This document shows positions 36,131-46,818 of a stretch of DNA of 64,000 nt, one piece after another (the stretch's first letter is position 1; each line of letters begins with the position of its first letter). Position numbers and translations under genes: made by a program. The notes beneath the pieces were generated by a model, which saw only the letters and a list, made by a program, of their open reading frames with translations, was not told the origin of the DNA and did no database searches. The stretch lies in the NCBI GenBank assembly GCA_041648895.1, contig JBAZOB010000001.1:15093-79092 (forward strand). Direction: 5' to 3'. This DNA is from Patescibacteria group bacterium (GTDB taxonomy: Bacteria; Patescibacteriota; JAHJAL01).

Positions 36131-39100
36131 ATGAATAAAGTATTAGATAACAAAAAATCCAAGGTATCGGATGTATTGCTGGCGGAAATAAAAGATAAAG
36201 CCAAATTATCTGTCATTTCAGCATATTTTACTATCTATGCATTTGAAAAACTGAAGAAATCTTTGTCGAAGATTGATTCTTTGCGATTCCTTTTTGTTGA
36301 GCCAACTTTCACTAAAGAGCAGGAAGAAACACGGGAATTTTATATCGATAAACTTGATCGTGAGAAACAATTGTCCGGAACTCAGTACGAGATCAAATTG
36401 AGAAATGAATTGACTCAGTCAAAAGTGGCCAAAGAGTGTGCTGATTGGATTAGAAGCAAAGTGGATTTTCGATCGTTGAAGAAGTCTGATTTGTCTCGGG
36501 CGAGAGCGATTCATGTACAAAATCCGGATTCGGAATTTATAGTACAAGGAACACTTGATTTTACTTCTTCCGGATTGGGTTTTTCCAATTCAAACAAATT
36601 GGAGATGAATGTTTATTCTGATGATCAGGATGCGACGCGTGAGATGCTCACTTGGTTTGACGAAATTTGGAATGATGAAATGCTAGTGGAAGATGTAAAA
36701 GAGGAGGTACTCAAAAGTATCCAGACGATATATAAAGAAAATACGCCGGAATTCATATATTATGTAACTTTGTATAACTTGTTTAAGGAGTATCTGGATG
36801 AATTGACGGAAGAAAATATCATCAAGGTGAAAACCGGAGTTAAGGATTCAATCATCTGGAAGAAGTTATTCAAATTTCAGAAAGATGGTGTAATGGGAGT
36901 TATTGATAAGTTGGAGAAGCATAACGGTTGTATTCTGGCAGATAGTGTTGGATTGGGTAAGACCTTTGAAGGATTGGCGGTAATAAAATACTATGAATTG
37001 AGAAATTATCGAGTATTGGTCCTTTGTCCGAAGAAGTTACGAGATAACTGGATGATGTATCGGTCAAATGATGTGCGGAATATTTTTGCAGAAGATCGGT
37101 TTGGGTATGATATTTTGAATCATACTGATTTGAGTAGGGAAAAAGGAATGTCCGGGGATATTAATCTGGAGACAATTAATTGGGGTAATTATGATTTGGT
37201 TTTGATTGATGAGTCACATAATTTCAGAAATAATGATTCCTTAAAAAACAAGAAAACAAGATATAGGAAGTTGATGGATGATATTATCCGGACCGGGGTA
37301 AAGACTAAGGTATTGATGTTGTCAGCTACGCCGGTAAATAACAGGATGAATGATTTGAAGAATCAAATTGCTTTTATTACTGAAGGTAATGATGAAGCGT
37401 TGTTGGATGAAGGGGTGAAGAATATAGGTAATACTTTTAGGTTGGCGCAATATCAATTCAATAAGTGGTTAGATCGGCCTCTGAATGACAGGGGGCTGGA
37501 CTCTTTGTTGGCTAGTTTGAATGTTGACTACTTTAAGTTATTAGATGCGTTGACTATAGCTCGATCCCGGAAGCATATCGAAAAATATTATGATTTGTCG
37601 GAAGTGGGCCGTTTTCCTGATCGACTTAAGCCGTTGAATATTAAATCAAAGGTGGATTTGAAAGGTGATTTTCCCAGTTTTGAAGATATAAACGATTCGA
37701 TTAAAAGGTTGTCGATGGCGATATATTCACCTTTGCAGTATGTCAGGTCGGACCGGGTGAAGAAATATCAGAAGAAATATGATCGAGAGGTTAAGGGTGG
37801 ATCTTATTTTCGGCAGACAGATCGAGAGAAAAATATTGTTAATCTAATGCGGGTAAATATTTTGAAGAGATTAGAAAGCTCGATTTTTTCATATAATCTG
37901 ACATTGACTAGACTAGCGGGTAAGATAGAAGAAATATTGCAAATGATTGATGATTTTCATGATTCTGGTAGATATAGTTTGGATTTAGATGATGCACCGG
38001 AGAGTATTGATGGAGATGATGAACAGTTGGAATCAATGACGGTTGGTAACAAGATTAGTGTAGAGTTGGCCGATATGGATCTGATCCGATGGAAAGATGA
38101 TTTGCAGTCTGATTTAACCAGATTGAAAGATTTGATAAGTTTTGCGGAGCCAATTAATACAGATTCTGATGCTAAACTGGCAGATTTGAAGAAAATAATT
38201 GCTGATAAAATTAGCAATCCGATTAATGATAATAATAAGAAGGTGGTGGTTTTCAGTGCTTTTTCTGATACGGCGGAGTATTTGTATAAATACATTTCCG
38301 AATGGTTGGAAAATAAATTTAACCTACATTCAGCTTTGGTAACTGGTGGCACTACTAATAAAACAACTTCTGACGAGATTAAAACTGATTTGAATAGTAT
38401 TTTGACTAATTTTTCGCCGGTATCAAAAGAAAAGGCAAAAGTTTTTCCGGGAGTGAAAGATGAAATTGATGTTTTGATTGCAACGGATTGCGTATCAGAA
38501 GGCCAGAATTTGCAAGATTGTGATTATTTAATAAACTATGACATCCATTGGAATCCGGTGCGGATTATCCAGCGTTTTGGGCGTATTGATCGAATTGGGT
38601 CCGTTAATGAAAAAATTCAACTGGTTAATTTTTGGCCGGATATGGAGCTGGATGAATATATTAATTTGGAACAACGGGTCCGAGGGCGGATGATATTACT
38701 TAATGCCAGCGCGACGGGTGAAGAGGACATTATCAATGAAACTGATAAAGATGTGATGAATGATATCGAGTATCGTAAGAATCAATTGACCAGATTGCAG
38801 GAGGAGGTTTTGGACCTGGAGGATATTTCGGGGAATATTTCGATTACAGATATGACTATGAGTGATTTTAAGATGGATTTGATGGAGTATCTCAAAGATA
38901 ATCGTGAATTATTGGAAAGATCGGCGCTTGGTATGTATGCGATTGTGTCAAAGGATGAGTCTTTGGAAGATTTGTCGTCGGGGGTGATATTTACCTTGCG
39001 ACAGGTGGATTTTTCAGAAGCGAAATCTGGAGAGACAAATGCGATTCATCCATATTATATGGTCTATATTGGTGATAATGGAGAGGTAAAATTGACTTAT

Positions 39101-39385
39101 TTGCAGGCCAAGTATGTGCTGGATATATTCAAAAAACTTTGCAATGGTAATAATCTGGTTCATCGAGATTTGGTAGAATTGTTTGATAAAGAGACTCAAG
39201 AAGCCAAAGACATGTCAAAATATTCAGATTTATTGAGGCAGTCAATTGAGCATATTATCGGAGAGAAGCAAGAAAAAGGGATTGAAGATATTTTCAGCAG
39301 TCTGGGAAAGACAAATATTGCCAAAGATGCCTCGTTGTCGTGGATTGATGATTTTGAGTTGATTTCATTTTTGATTATCAAATAG
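36131..39385 (+). CDS. SNF2-family helicase with a roughly 230-aa N-terminal non-catalytic domain.
   Basis: Motif I ILADSVGLGKT. Motif II LVLIDESHNFRN. Motif III LMLSATPVNN. Helicase-C motif VI QRFGRIDRIGS. Confidence 0.8.
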   Translation: MNKVLDNKKSKVSDVLLAEIKDKAKLSVISAYFTIYAFEKLKKSLSKIDSLRFLFVEPTFTKEQEETREFYIDKLDREKQLSGTQYEIKLRNELTQSKVAKECADWIRSKVDFRSLKKSDLSRARAIHVQNPDSEFIVQGTLDFTSSGLGFSNSNKLEMNVYSDDQDATREMLTWFDEIWNDEMLVEDVKEEVLKSIQTIYKENTPEFIYYVTLYNLFKEYLDELTEENIIKVKTGVKDSIIWKKLFKFQKDGVMGVIDKLEKHNGCILADSVGLGKTFEGLAVIKYYELRNYRVLVLCPKKLRDNWMMYRSNDVRNIFAEDRFGYDILNHTDLSREKGMSGDINLETINWGNYDLVLIDESHNFRNNDSLKNKKTRYRKLMDDIIRTGVKTKVLMLSATPVNNRMNDLKNQIAFITEGNDEALLDEGVKNIGNTFRLAQYQFNKWLDRPLNDRGLDSLLASLNVDYFKLLDALTIARSRKHIEKYYDLSEVGRFPDRLKPLNIKSKVDLKGDFPSFEDINDSIKRLSMAIYSPLQYVRSDRVKKYQKKYDREVKGGSYFRQTDREKNIVNLMRVNILKRLESSIFSYNLTLTRLAGKIEEILQMIDDFHDSGRYSLDLDDAPESIDGDDEQLESMTVGNKISVELADMDLIRWKDDLQSDLTRLKDLISFAEPINTDSDAKLADLKKIIADKISNPINDNNKKVVVFSAFSDTAEYLYKYISEWLENKFNLHSALVTGGTTNKTTSDEIKTDLNSILTNFSPVSKEKAKVFPGVKDEIDVLIATDCVSEGQNLQDCDYLINYDIHWNPVRIIQRFGRIDRIGSVNEKIQLVNFWPDMELDEYINLEQRVRGRMILLNASATGEEDIINETDKDVMNDIEYRKNQLTRLQEEVLDLEDISGNISITDMTMSDFKMDLMEYLKDNRELLERSALGMYAIVSKDESLEDLSSGVIFTLRQVDFSEAKSGETNAIHPYYMVYIGDNGEVKLTYLQAKYVLDIFKKLCNGNNLVHRDLVELFDKETQEAKDMSKYSDLLRQSIEHIIGEKQEKGIEDIFSSLGKTNIAKDASLSWIDDFELISFLIIK

Positions 39386-39386
39386 G

Positions 39387-40163
39387 ATGAAGGAACAAGT
39401 AATACAATTGATGGGATTGAGGCGGGACAAGATTTTGCAGGACAAAAAAATTGCCAAGACCAAGTTTTATGAGCTGGATGATTTTGATAACGGAAAGAAA
39501 AAGATATTTACAGATGAGATTGTAGATATTACTTTGTTGGCGATTCTCAATGAAGAAACGATCAATATTGCATCTTATAAAGATAATGAAGTGAATTATA
39601 GTGAAGTGTATGTTGTCTATGTAGAATTGAAGAAGAATCAAAATATAGGCAAGATTGTTGAGAGTATTCAGAAGAATATTATCAATCCGGTGATTGTGGT
39701 GTTTGGTTGGCAGGATCGCATTTGTTTGGCGACAGCGCGTAAAAGATTGAGTTTGAATGAAAAAGGTAAACAGGTAGTGGAAAGTGAGCAGATGACAGAT
39801 TGGTTGTCTTTGTCGGATCAAACACAGCCGGTGCGGGATTACTTGATGGGACTGGATATTGCCAATTTTTCTTTTCTGAATTTGTATGAGTTTTATCGGG
39901 AATATTCTTTGTATGTTTATCAATCGGTTTTGATGCAATTTGAATCCGGTTTTCATTTCCGCAAGCAGTTGGTGATTGATCAGATCAAGCCGGAGATTGA
40001 GCTATGTGTGGCAAAAAGTGTTGAGGTCAAACGATTGCAGGATGAAGAGAAAATGGCGATCAATTTTGGGGACCGGATTGCGGTTCATCAGAAGTTGATT
40101 GAGGCGCAAAAGGAAGAGGTGGAAGTTAGGGAAAATATTAAGAAAAAATTAATAAATACTTAA
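39387..40163 (+). CDS. Hypothetical protein, possibly DUF4391-like, translationally coupled between the SNF2 helicase and the methyltransferase.
   Basis: Start is 1 nt after the helicase stop. 258 aa with no catalytic motifs. The family assignment is from memory of gene-neighbourhood associations only. Confidence 0.4.
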   Translation: MKEQVIQLMGLRRDKILQDKKIAKTKFYELDDFDNGKKKIFTDEIVDITLLAILNEETINIASYKDNEVNYSEVYVVYVELKKNQNIGKIVESIQKNIINPVIVVFGWQDRICLATARKRLSLNEKGKQVVESEQMTDWLSLSDQTQPVRDYLMGLDIANFSFLNLYEFYREYSLYVYQSVLMQFESGFHFRKQLVIDQIKPEIELCVAKSVEVKRLQDEEKMAINFGDRIAVHQKLIEAQKEEVEVRENIKKKLINT

Positions 40164-40187
40164 GTTGGATTTGATAAAATTATAACT

Positions 40188-42089
40188 ATGAAAAAAATTG
40201 ACGGTAAAACAAGTGATTTGATTGCAGAAAATATCGAGAAGTTGAAACAACTTTTTCCGGAGATTTGGGAAGAGGGGAAAGTTGATTTGGAAATGTTGAA
40301 GAAGTTATTGGGTGAGAAAGTGGAGACGGATCGAGAGCGATATTGTTTTTCTTGGCATGGCAAGTCGGATGCAATCAAGATGGCTTTGAAGCAATCGACG
40401 GGGACTTTGAGGCCAAAGAAGGCGGATAGTAAAGATTGGGACAAGACGAATAATCTGTATATTGAGGGTGATAATCTGGAGGTGTTGCGGGTGTTGCAGG
40501 ATAGTTATCGGGGTAAAGTAAAAATGATATATATCGACCCCCCTTACAACACAGGGAAGGATTTTGTGTATGAGGATAATTTTGCGGATAATATCCAGAA
40601 TTACAAGGAAAAGGTGGGAGATACGATGAAAGCCAATGCGGATTCGAGTGGGCGAAAGCATACCAATTGGCTCAATATGATGTATCCGAGGTTAAGGTTG
40701 GCGAGGAATTTGCTTAAGGATGATGGAGTGATATTTATATCGATTGATGATAATGAGCAGGCGAATTTGAAGAAGGTTTGTGATGAGATTTTTGGGGAGG
40801 AGAATTTTATAGAAAATTATATTTGGGAAAGTACTTTTCGTCCGGATAATAGTTCTTCAATTGAACGAAAAAATGCTCAGTATGTTACTAGTTTTGCAAA
40901 GGATAAAAATTTAATTAATCAATTAATTGGTGGTCCAAAAAAAACTGAAGGACTTCCTTCATTAACTAAGAATTCAATGAAGGAGGGAATTCTAAATTTT
41001 CCGTCTAATACAGTTAAAATATTGTTTAATGATGGTATATATTTAGCGGGTAAGAAGGATTCGGGATACGAGCTTCTTGATAATGTTGAGGTAGTTTCGG
41101 GAGTAAATTTGAATTCATTTAGATTAAAAGGTCGTATGATATGGAGTCAAGATTATCTCGAGAATGAATTGAACAATGGTACTGAGATTATTTTTAAAGG
41201 AGAAAATTTTGTCCCATATTCAAAAAAATTAGAAGTGGGAATTTTGGCTCCAACAAAGATTATACCTAAAGATTATGTACAGGATGTGCTTGCTGGACGT
41301 GCAGAATTAAAATCAATTTTGGGACAATCAATATTTGATTATCCCAAGCCTTTGTCTTTGATTAATTATTTGCTTAGCTTTCTTGAGTGTGAAGAAGAAT
41401 GTATTGTTTTAGATTTCTTTTCAGGTTCGGCAACGACTGCCCATTCGGTGATGCAGTTGAATGCGGAGGATGGGGGGAATAGGAAGTTTGTTATGGTCCA
41501 GTTGCCGGAGGTTACGCAGGAAGATAGTGAGGCGAGGAAGGCGGGGTATAAAAATATTTGTGAGATTGGGAAGGAGAGGATTAGACGGGCGGGGGAGAAG
41601 ATTGTGAAGGAGTTGAAGGAGAAGCAAGATAAAAAACAGGAAAAATTGATTGAAGGTGGGGAGAAGGTGGTGAATCCGGATGATTTGGATGTTGGGTTCA
41701 AGGTGTTTGAGTTGGATGAGACCAATTTTACGAAGTGGGATCCAAATACGCAGGATGTCGAGAAGTCGATGATGGACCAATTGACACCGATCAAAGCAGA
41801 TCGAGCGGATGAGGATGCGGTTTATGAGATTATGTTGAAATATGGAGTTGATTTGACGATGCCGATTGAGGAGTTGAAATTGGCGGGGAAGAAAGTATTT
41901 TCTTTGGCTGGAAATTATTTGTTGCTATGTTTGGAAAAGCAGATTGGTTTGGAGACGGTTGGCGAGATGGCAAAACTGAGTCCGCATCGAGTAGTTTTCT
42001 TTGATGATGGATTTGCGGATGATACAGTCAAAGCCAATGCGGAGCAGACTTTGAAGAAGGCGGGGGTTGAGGAGATATTGGTAATCTAA
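40188..42089 (+). CDS. N6-adenine/N4-cytosine DNA methyltransferase, type III Mod-like, of the beta-class N6_N4_Mtase family.
   Basis: Motif IV IYIDPPYNTGKDF precedes motif I LDFFSGSATTAHS (beta-class order). 633 aa. Confidence 0.8.
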   Translation: MKKIDGKTSDLIAENIEKLKQLFPEIWEEGKVDLEMLKKLLGEKVETDRERYCFSWHGKSDAIKMALKQSTGTLRPKKADSKDWDKTNNLYIEGDNLEVLRVLQDSYRGKVKMIYIDPPYNTGKDFVYEDNFADNIQNYKEKVGDTMKANADSSGRKHTNWLNMMYPRLRLARNLLKDDGVIFISIDDNEQANLKKVCDEIFGEENFIENYIWESTFRPDNSSSIERKNAQYVTSFAKDKNLINQLIGGPKKTEGLPSLTKNSMKEGILNFPSNTVKILFNDGIYLAGKKDSGYELLDNVEVVSGVNLNSFRLKGRMIWSQDYLENELNNGTEIIFKGENFVPYSKKLEVGILAPTKIIPKDYVQDVLAGRAELKSILGQSIFDYPKPLSLINYLLSFLECEEECIVLDFFSGSATTAHSVMQLNAEDGGNRKFVMVQLPEVTQEDSEARKAGYKNICEIGKERIRRAGEKIVKELKEKQDKKQEKLIEGGEKVVNPDDLDVGFKVFELDETNFTKWDPNTQDVEKSMMDQLTPIKADRADEDAVYEIMLKYGVDLTMPIEELKLAGKKVFSLAGNYLLLCLEKQIGLETVGEMAKLSPHRVVFFDDGFADDTVKANAEQTLKKAGVEEILVI

Positions 42090-42201
42090 GTTAGTTATAG
42101 ACTGCACAAACTAAAACTAAAAATAACAAAGAAATTAGGTATTTTTTGATTTCATATCTGTTACAAGACTACACAGACTAAAGTCGACTAAACAATTTAT
42201 A

Positions 42202-45200
42202 ATGACAAAATTAAAATTACAATTTGATGCCAATCAGGAATTTCAAAAACAAGCTGTGGATGCGATAGTTGATGTTTTTGACGGGCAACCTTTGAAGCAA
42301 TCAAAGTTTACGGTATCAGTGGCGGATGGTTCGTTGTTTGGTAAAAATACGGAGTTGGGGTATGCCAACAAATTGGATTTGATGCCGGAAGATTTGTTGA
42401 AAAATGTGATCAAGATTCAGGACCGGAATCATTTGAAAAGAAGTGAGGGTTTGTTGGATGCGGATTATGGAGTGCCAAACTTTGCGATTGAGATGGAGAC
42501 GGGGACTGGCAAGACTTATGTATATACGCGGACTATATTGGAATTGAATAATAAATACGGTTTTACCAAGTTTATCGTCGTGGTCCCAAGTGTGGCTATC
42601 CGTGAAGGCGTGAATAAATCTTTGGATATTACCAAGGATCATTTTGAAGAGTTGTATCAAGGGCAGAAGTTTAATTATTTTGTATATAATTCAGATCGTT
42701 TGACGGAAGTGCGCAATTTTGCGACCAGTGATTCAATCGAAATCATGGTTATCAATATTGATGCATTTCGCAAAGGATTTGAAGAGGACAACAAGAGTAA
42801 CAAGAATGCGACAAGGATACACAAAGAACAGGATAAGTTGGAAGGACGACGGCCGATTGAATTTATCCGTGATACCAATCCAATTGTGATTATTGATGAG
42901 CCACAGTCGGTTGATAATACCGAGAAATCCAAAGAGGCAATCAAGGCGCTCAATCCAATGTGTATCGTGCGGTATTCGGCTACTCATAGAAATACCTATA
43001 ATTTGATGTATCGACTTGGTCCGATCGAGGCTTATGAAAATAAATTGGTAAAAAAGATTGAGGTGGTAGCGGTGGAAGGAATGGGCAGTGGTCCATATAT
43101 GAAGCTGGAAAAAGTACAAAAAGCGCCTAATGGATCTTATTCGGCGGATGTGGTTTTGAGCGTGTTGGATAAAAAAGGCGAAGCGAAAATAAAGAGAGTA
43201 AAAATCAATACCGGTAAGCGTAAGAGTTTTTTTGATGTGTCCGGACAAAATGAGATATACAAAAATTATGTGGTGACAAATATCAGTATTGAATCCGGAA
43301 TGGAATATATTGAGTTTGAGACGGGTGATATCTTGAAGCTGAATCAAAATACAGATGATTTGGAAATTAAGCGTACTCAAATCAGGTCCACAATCGAATC
43401 ACATTTGGAAAAGGAATTGAGATTGTTGGATAAAAATATCAAAGTTTTGTCACTTTTCTTTTTGGATCGAGTAAATAATTATCGGGAATATCTTAATGAA
43501 GGTGGATTCAAGAAGGGAAAATACGCGCAGATTTTTGAGGAAGAATATGTGAAGATAATTAAATTGCCAAAATATAATCAACTTTTTGTAACTGAAAAAT
43601 CCAAACAATATGCTTTGTGTGAGGATGTTGACAAAATTCATGATGGATATTTTGCGCAGGATAAGAAGGGTGTATTCAAAGAATCGCGAGGCGAGGGTTC
43701 GAGTCAAGCTGATGAGAGTGCGTATGATTTGATCATGAAAGAAAAAGAGACACTATTGAGTTTTGATACTCCATTGAGATTTATTTTTTCGCATTCAGCT
43801 TTGAAAGAAGGTTGGGACAATCCAAATGTGTTTCAGATTTGTACCTTGGTGGAGAGTGCAGACACCATGACCAAAAGGCAGAAGGTGGGGCGGGGTTTGC
43901 GGTTGCCGGTCAATCAATCCGGAGAAAGAATATTTGATGACAATATCAATATTTTGACGGTGGTGGCCAATGAGAGTTTTCAGAGTTTTGCTGAGAATTT
44001 GCAAAGAGAGATTGAAAAGGATACCAATACCAAATTTGGAGTAGTGGAAGAGCGATTGTTTGAGAATATTTTGTTTGAAAAAGAAGGTAAGGTCGGAGAG
44101 TTGGGTTATAAAGAGTCAAAAGAAATTTGTGAGTATTTGAGAGAGCAAGGTCTGGTGGACAAAAATGGTAAAGTGAAGGACGAATTGAGACAAATAGTGG
44201 CTCGGGAAGAAAGTGGCGAAGATGCCTTGGTTTTGCCAATGAAGTTTGTACCAATCAAAAAGAAAATAGTGGAACAGATAAAGACAACATTGAAACGATT
44301 GCCAATAGTAGATAGCAAAAAGAAAGAAAAGGTATCGATCAATAAGCAGGTGTTTTTGAGTGATGATTTCGTTGAATTGTGGAATAGGATCAAATACAAG
44401 ACTGTCTATAAGTTGGACTTTAATAGTGCAACATTGATTGAGAATTGTATTCATGAGGTCCGAAAGATGCCGGAAATTAGGTCCAATGCGATCGTGGCGC
44501 GCTGGATTGATTTGCAGATTGACAAGAGGGGCGTGACATTCGATGAACCAAAAAAGATTCGTGATTATGTGCGTGAAAAATATGACCAAAAGCAGTTGCC
44601 GGATATTTTGCGTTTTATTGCCACTTATACAGGACTTAAAAAAAGATCGATCGCGGATATCTTGCTAAGGTCCCAGACCATAGATGCTTTTTATATCAAT
44701 CCGCAGGAATATATGGAGCAAGTGATTCAGATAATCAATATTGAGAAAAGAAAGCTGATTGTGGACGGTATTAAATATGACAAGATTGGTGACGATGTTT
44801 TTTATCAACAAGAATTGTTTGAAAATGAAGAGTTGATTGGTTATCTCAAGGACAATGCTATTCAGGTAGAAAAGAGTGTTTATTCTCATGTGATTTATGA
44901 TTCGGATATTGAGATGACTTTTGCCGAAAGACTGGAAAATGATGTTGATGTAAAACTTTACGCCAAATTACCTGATTGGTTTAAAATTGAAACTCCATTG
45001 GGTGATTACAATCCGGATTGGGCGATATTGTTGGAAAAGAATGGAGTTGAGAAGTTGTATTTTGTGATCGAGACAAAGGGGTCTATTTTGTCGGAAGATT
45101 TGCGACCGATAGAGCAGGGAAAGATAGAGTGCGGGCAGAAGCATTTTAAAGCGCTAGGGACCGGAGTGAAGTTTGAGAAGGTGAGAAGTTATGAGGAGTG

Positions 45201-45219
45201 GCGAGGCATAATTAGATAA
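42202..45219 (+). CDS. Type III restriction enzyme Res subunit: SF2 helicase domain plus C-terminal PD-(D/E)xK nuclease.
   Basis: Motif I METGTGKTYV. Motif II VIIDEPQS. C-terminal YNPDWAILLE...YFVIETKG nuclease motif. 1005 aa. Confidence 0.8.
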   Translation: MTKLKLQFDANQEFQKQAVDAIVDVFDGQPLKQSKFTVSVADGSLFGKNTELGYANKLDLMPEDLLKNVIKIQDRNHLKRSEGLLDADYGVPNFAIEMETGTGKTYVYTRTILELNNKYGFTKFIVVVPSVAIREGVNKSLDITKDHFEELYQGQKFNYFVYNSDRLTEVRNFATSDSIEIMVINIDAFRKGFEEDNKSNKNATRIHKEQDKLEGRRPIEFIRDTNPIVIIDEPQSVDNTEKSKEAIKALNPMCIVRYSATHRNTYNLMYRLGPIEAYENKLVKKIEVVAVEGMGSGPYMKLEKVQKAPNGSYSADVVLSVLDKKGEAKIKRVKINTGKRKSFFDVSGQNEIYKNYVVTNISIESGMEYIEFETGDILKLNQNTDDLEIKRTQIRSTIESHLEKELRLLDKNIKVLSLFFLDRVNNYREYLNEGGFKKGKYAQIFEEEYVKIIKLPKYNQLFVTEKSKQYALCEDVDKIHDGYFAQDKKGVFKESRGEGSSQADESAYDLIMKEKETLLSFDTPLRFIFSHSALKEGWDNPNVFQICTLVESADTMTKRQKVGRGLRLPVNQSGERIFDDNINILTVVANESFQSFAENLQREIEKDTNTKFGVVEERLFENILFEKEGKVGELGYKESKEICEYLREQGLVDKNGKVKDELRQIVAREESGEDALVLPMKFVPIKKKIVEQIKTTLKRLPIVDSKKKEKVSINKQVFLSDDFVELWNRIKYKTVYKLDFNSATLIENCIHEVRKMPEIRSNAIVARWIDLQIDKRGVTFDEPKKIRDYVREKYDQKQLPDILRFIATYTGLKKRSIADILLRSQTIDAFYINPQEYMEQVIQIINIEKRKLIVDGIKYDKIGDDVFYQQELFENEELIGYLKDNAIQVEKSVYSHVIYDSDIEMTFAERLENDVDVKLYAKLPDWFKIETPLGDYNPDWAILLEKNGVEKLYFVIETKGSILSEDLRPIEQGKIECGQKHFKALGTGVKFEKVRSYEEWRGIIR

Positions 45220-45363
45220 TAAAATACCATATTAGTCAACTAAATATTAAAACATAATGTTTAGGTATTGCATAGGTTTATATGGTTTGTTAAAATAATA
45301 ATAGAGTATCAAAAATTATAGTAGATTTTTGGATGATGCTCTTATTATTATTTTTTTTGTGAG

Positions 45364-46479
45364 GTGATTATGGTAAAAAGAGGTTATCGTATTTATAAGT
45401 TAAAAAAGTGGCCGGAAGACAGAGAATGGAAACATATTTTTGTTGCTGAGGTAGCATTAAAGAAAGGTCGAAAAAAGAAAGTTGAAGTGAAAATGTTTCG
45501 TAAAGATGATAACTCTAATGTTTTTAATTTTGAGTTAGAACAAGGATCTGGTAATAGTTGGAATTTAGTGGAAAAAGAAAAACAAAAGAAAAATACAAAA
45601 TGGTTTGATGCGTTTTTCGGTCCAAATTTTGTGCATGTTTATAAACATATTTCTAAGCAGGTGTATGTAATAAGTGTTGAGGATTCATGTCCTGATGCTA
45701 ATGATGATTTTTTATTGTTAGGAAATTATATTGTATTTAGTGATGAGATGAGTAGGAAAGACATTGATAATGAGATCAAGAAGTTAAATTGTGTGGTTAG
45801 GGGTCAAGTTAATTTTTATGATGTTGTTATGATTAAGAATTATAGTTTTTACGGGAAAAAAATAAGAGCGAATGATTGTTTTAAGATAACTGGTTCGAAG
45901 GGTCAATCAACAAGAAGGTTTGTGGATTCTGTCACTAATTACCTTTATCCAGCCGAAGTTGATTATTTAACATATAAATATCTTATGCAAAAAAATGAAT
46001 TGGTTTTACCGGCTTTAGTACATTATCAGCAAGCTATTGAGAAGTATTTCAAGTTTTTTAGTTGGTATTTTTATAATATAGAACCTACAACCGGTGCGGA
46101 TACTCATAAATTTGAGAAAGTTATCGAGGGAACTGATTTGGGAGATGTAATTCCTATAAAGACAAAGGAAATTTTTAAGGAAATTTGTGATGAGTTTTAT
46201 GGTTATCGTTATTATAATGGGAAATTAAAGCCTAAAAAGATAGAAGAAATAGAAAATGCTTTGGATGATTTTGTTTGTGAGTTTTGGGTATTACTTATGA
46301 GTTCAATATTTCCGTATCATTATAAAATATTTAGGTCGGCTGGGTATTCTCATGCAATATTGTTGCCGAGAATTTACCAGTCTAATGGCAAATTGAGAGA
46401 GAAATATTTACATATAGTAAAGAGGAATAATGCGCATTTTGAGAAAATGGGGAAATTATTTAAGAAAAGTAAATTTTGA
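45364..46479 (+). CDS. Hypothetical protein.
   Basis: 371-aa ORF in the AT-rich island; no motif recognised. Confidence 0.4.
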   Translation: MIMVKRGYRIYKLKKWPEDREWKHIFVAEVALKKGRKKKVEVKMFRKDDNSNVFNFELEQGSGNSWNLVEKEKQKKNTKWFDAFFGPNFVHVYKHISKQVYVISVEDSCPDANDDFLLLGNYIVFSDEMSRKDIDNEIKKLNCVVRGQVNFYDVVMIKNYSFYGKKIRANDCFKITGSKGQSTRRFVDSVTNYLYPAEVDYLTYKYLMQKNELVLPALVHYQQAIEKYFKFFSWYFYNIEPTTGADTHKFEKVIEGTDLGDVIPIKTKEIFKEICDEFYGYRYYNGKLKPKKIEEIENALDDFVCEFWVLLMSSIFPYHYKIFRSAGYSHAILLPRIYQSNGKLREKYLHIVKRNNAHFEKMGKLFKKSKF

Positions 46480-46488
46480 GGAGTTAGT

Positions 46489-46806
46489 ATGAATGATGAA
46501 GAGCTGATTTTGAAGGTTTTATACGAAAAACCCAATAAACCAGAAAATGTTGTTAAAAGTAAGCATGTTAAATTTGAAGAGTTGAAGATTGCATATTTTG
46601 ATGATGATAATGTGCCGGATTCCAAATTGCCGGATTATGAGAACAGAATAAATTCATTATTGGATGATTTGAGAGAACTCAAAGAGAGAAGCTTAATTGA
46701 ATTTGTAGGTGGCACAAATGCAGTTGAGCCACTTAATATCTTTATTACTGAAAAAGGGAAAGAATACTATGTTGAAATGTATAGGAATGAAAATCATGAC
46801 GAATAG
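46489..46806 (+). CDS. Hypothetical protein.
   Basis: 105-aa ORF tightly following the previous gene. Confidence 0.35.
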   Translation: MNDEELILKVLYEKPNKPENVVKSKHVKFEELKIAYFDDDNVPDSKLPDYENRINSLLDDLRELKERSLIEFVGGTNAVEPLNIFITEKGKEYYVEMYRNENHDE

Positions 46807-46818
46807 ATAGTATTAAGA

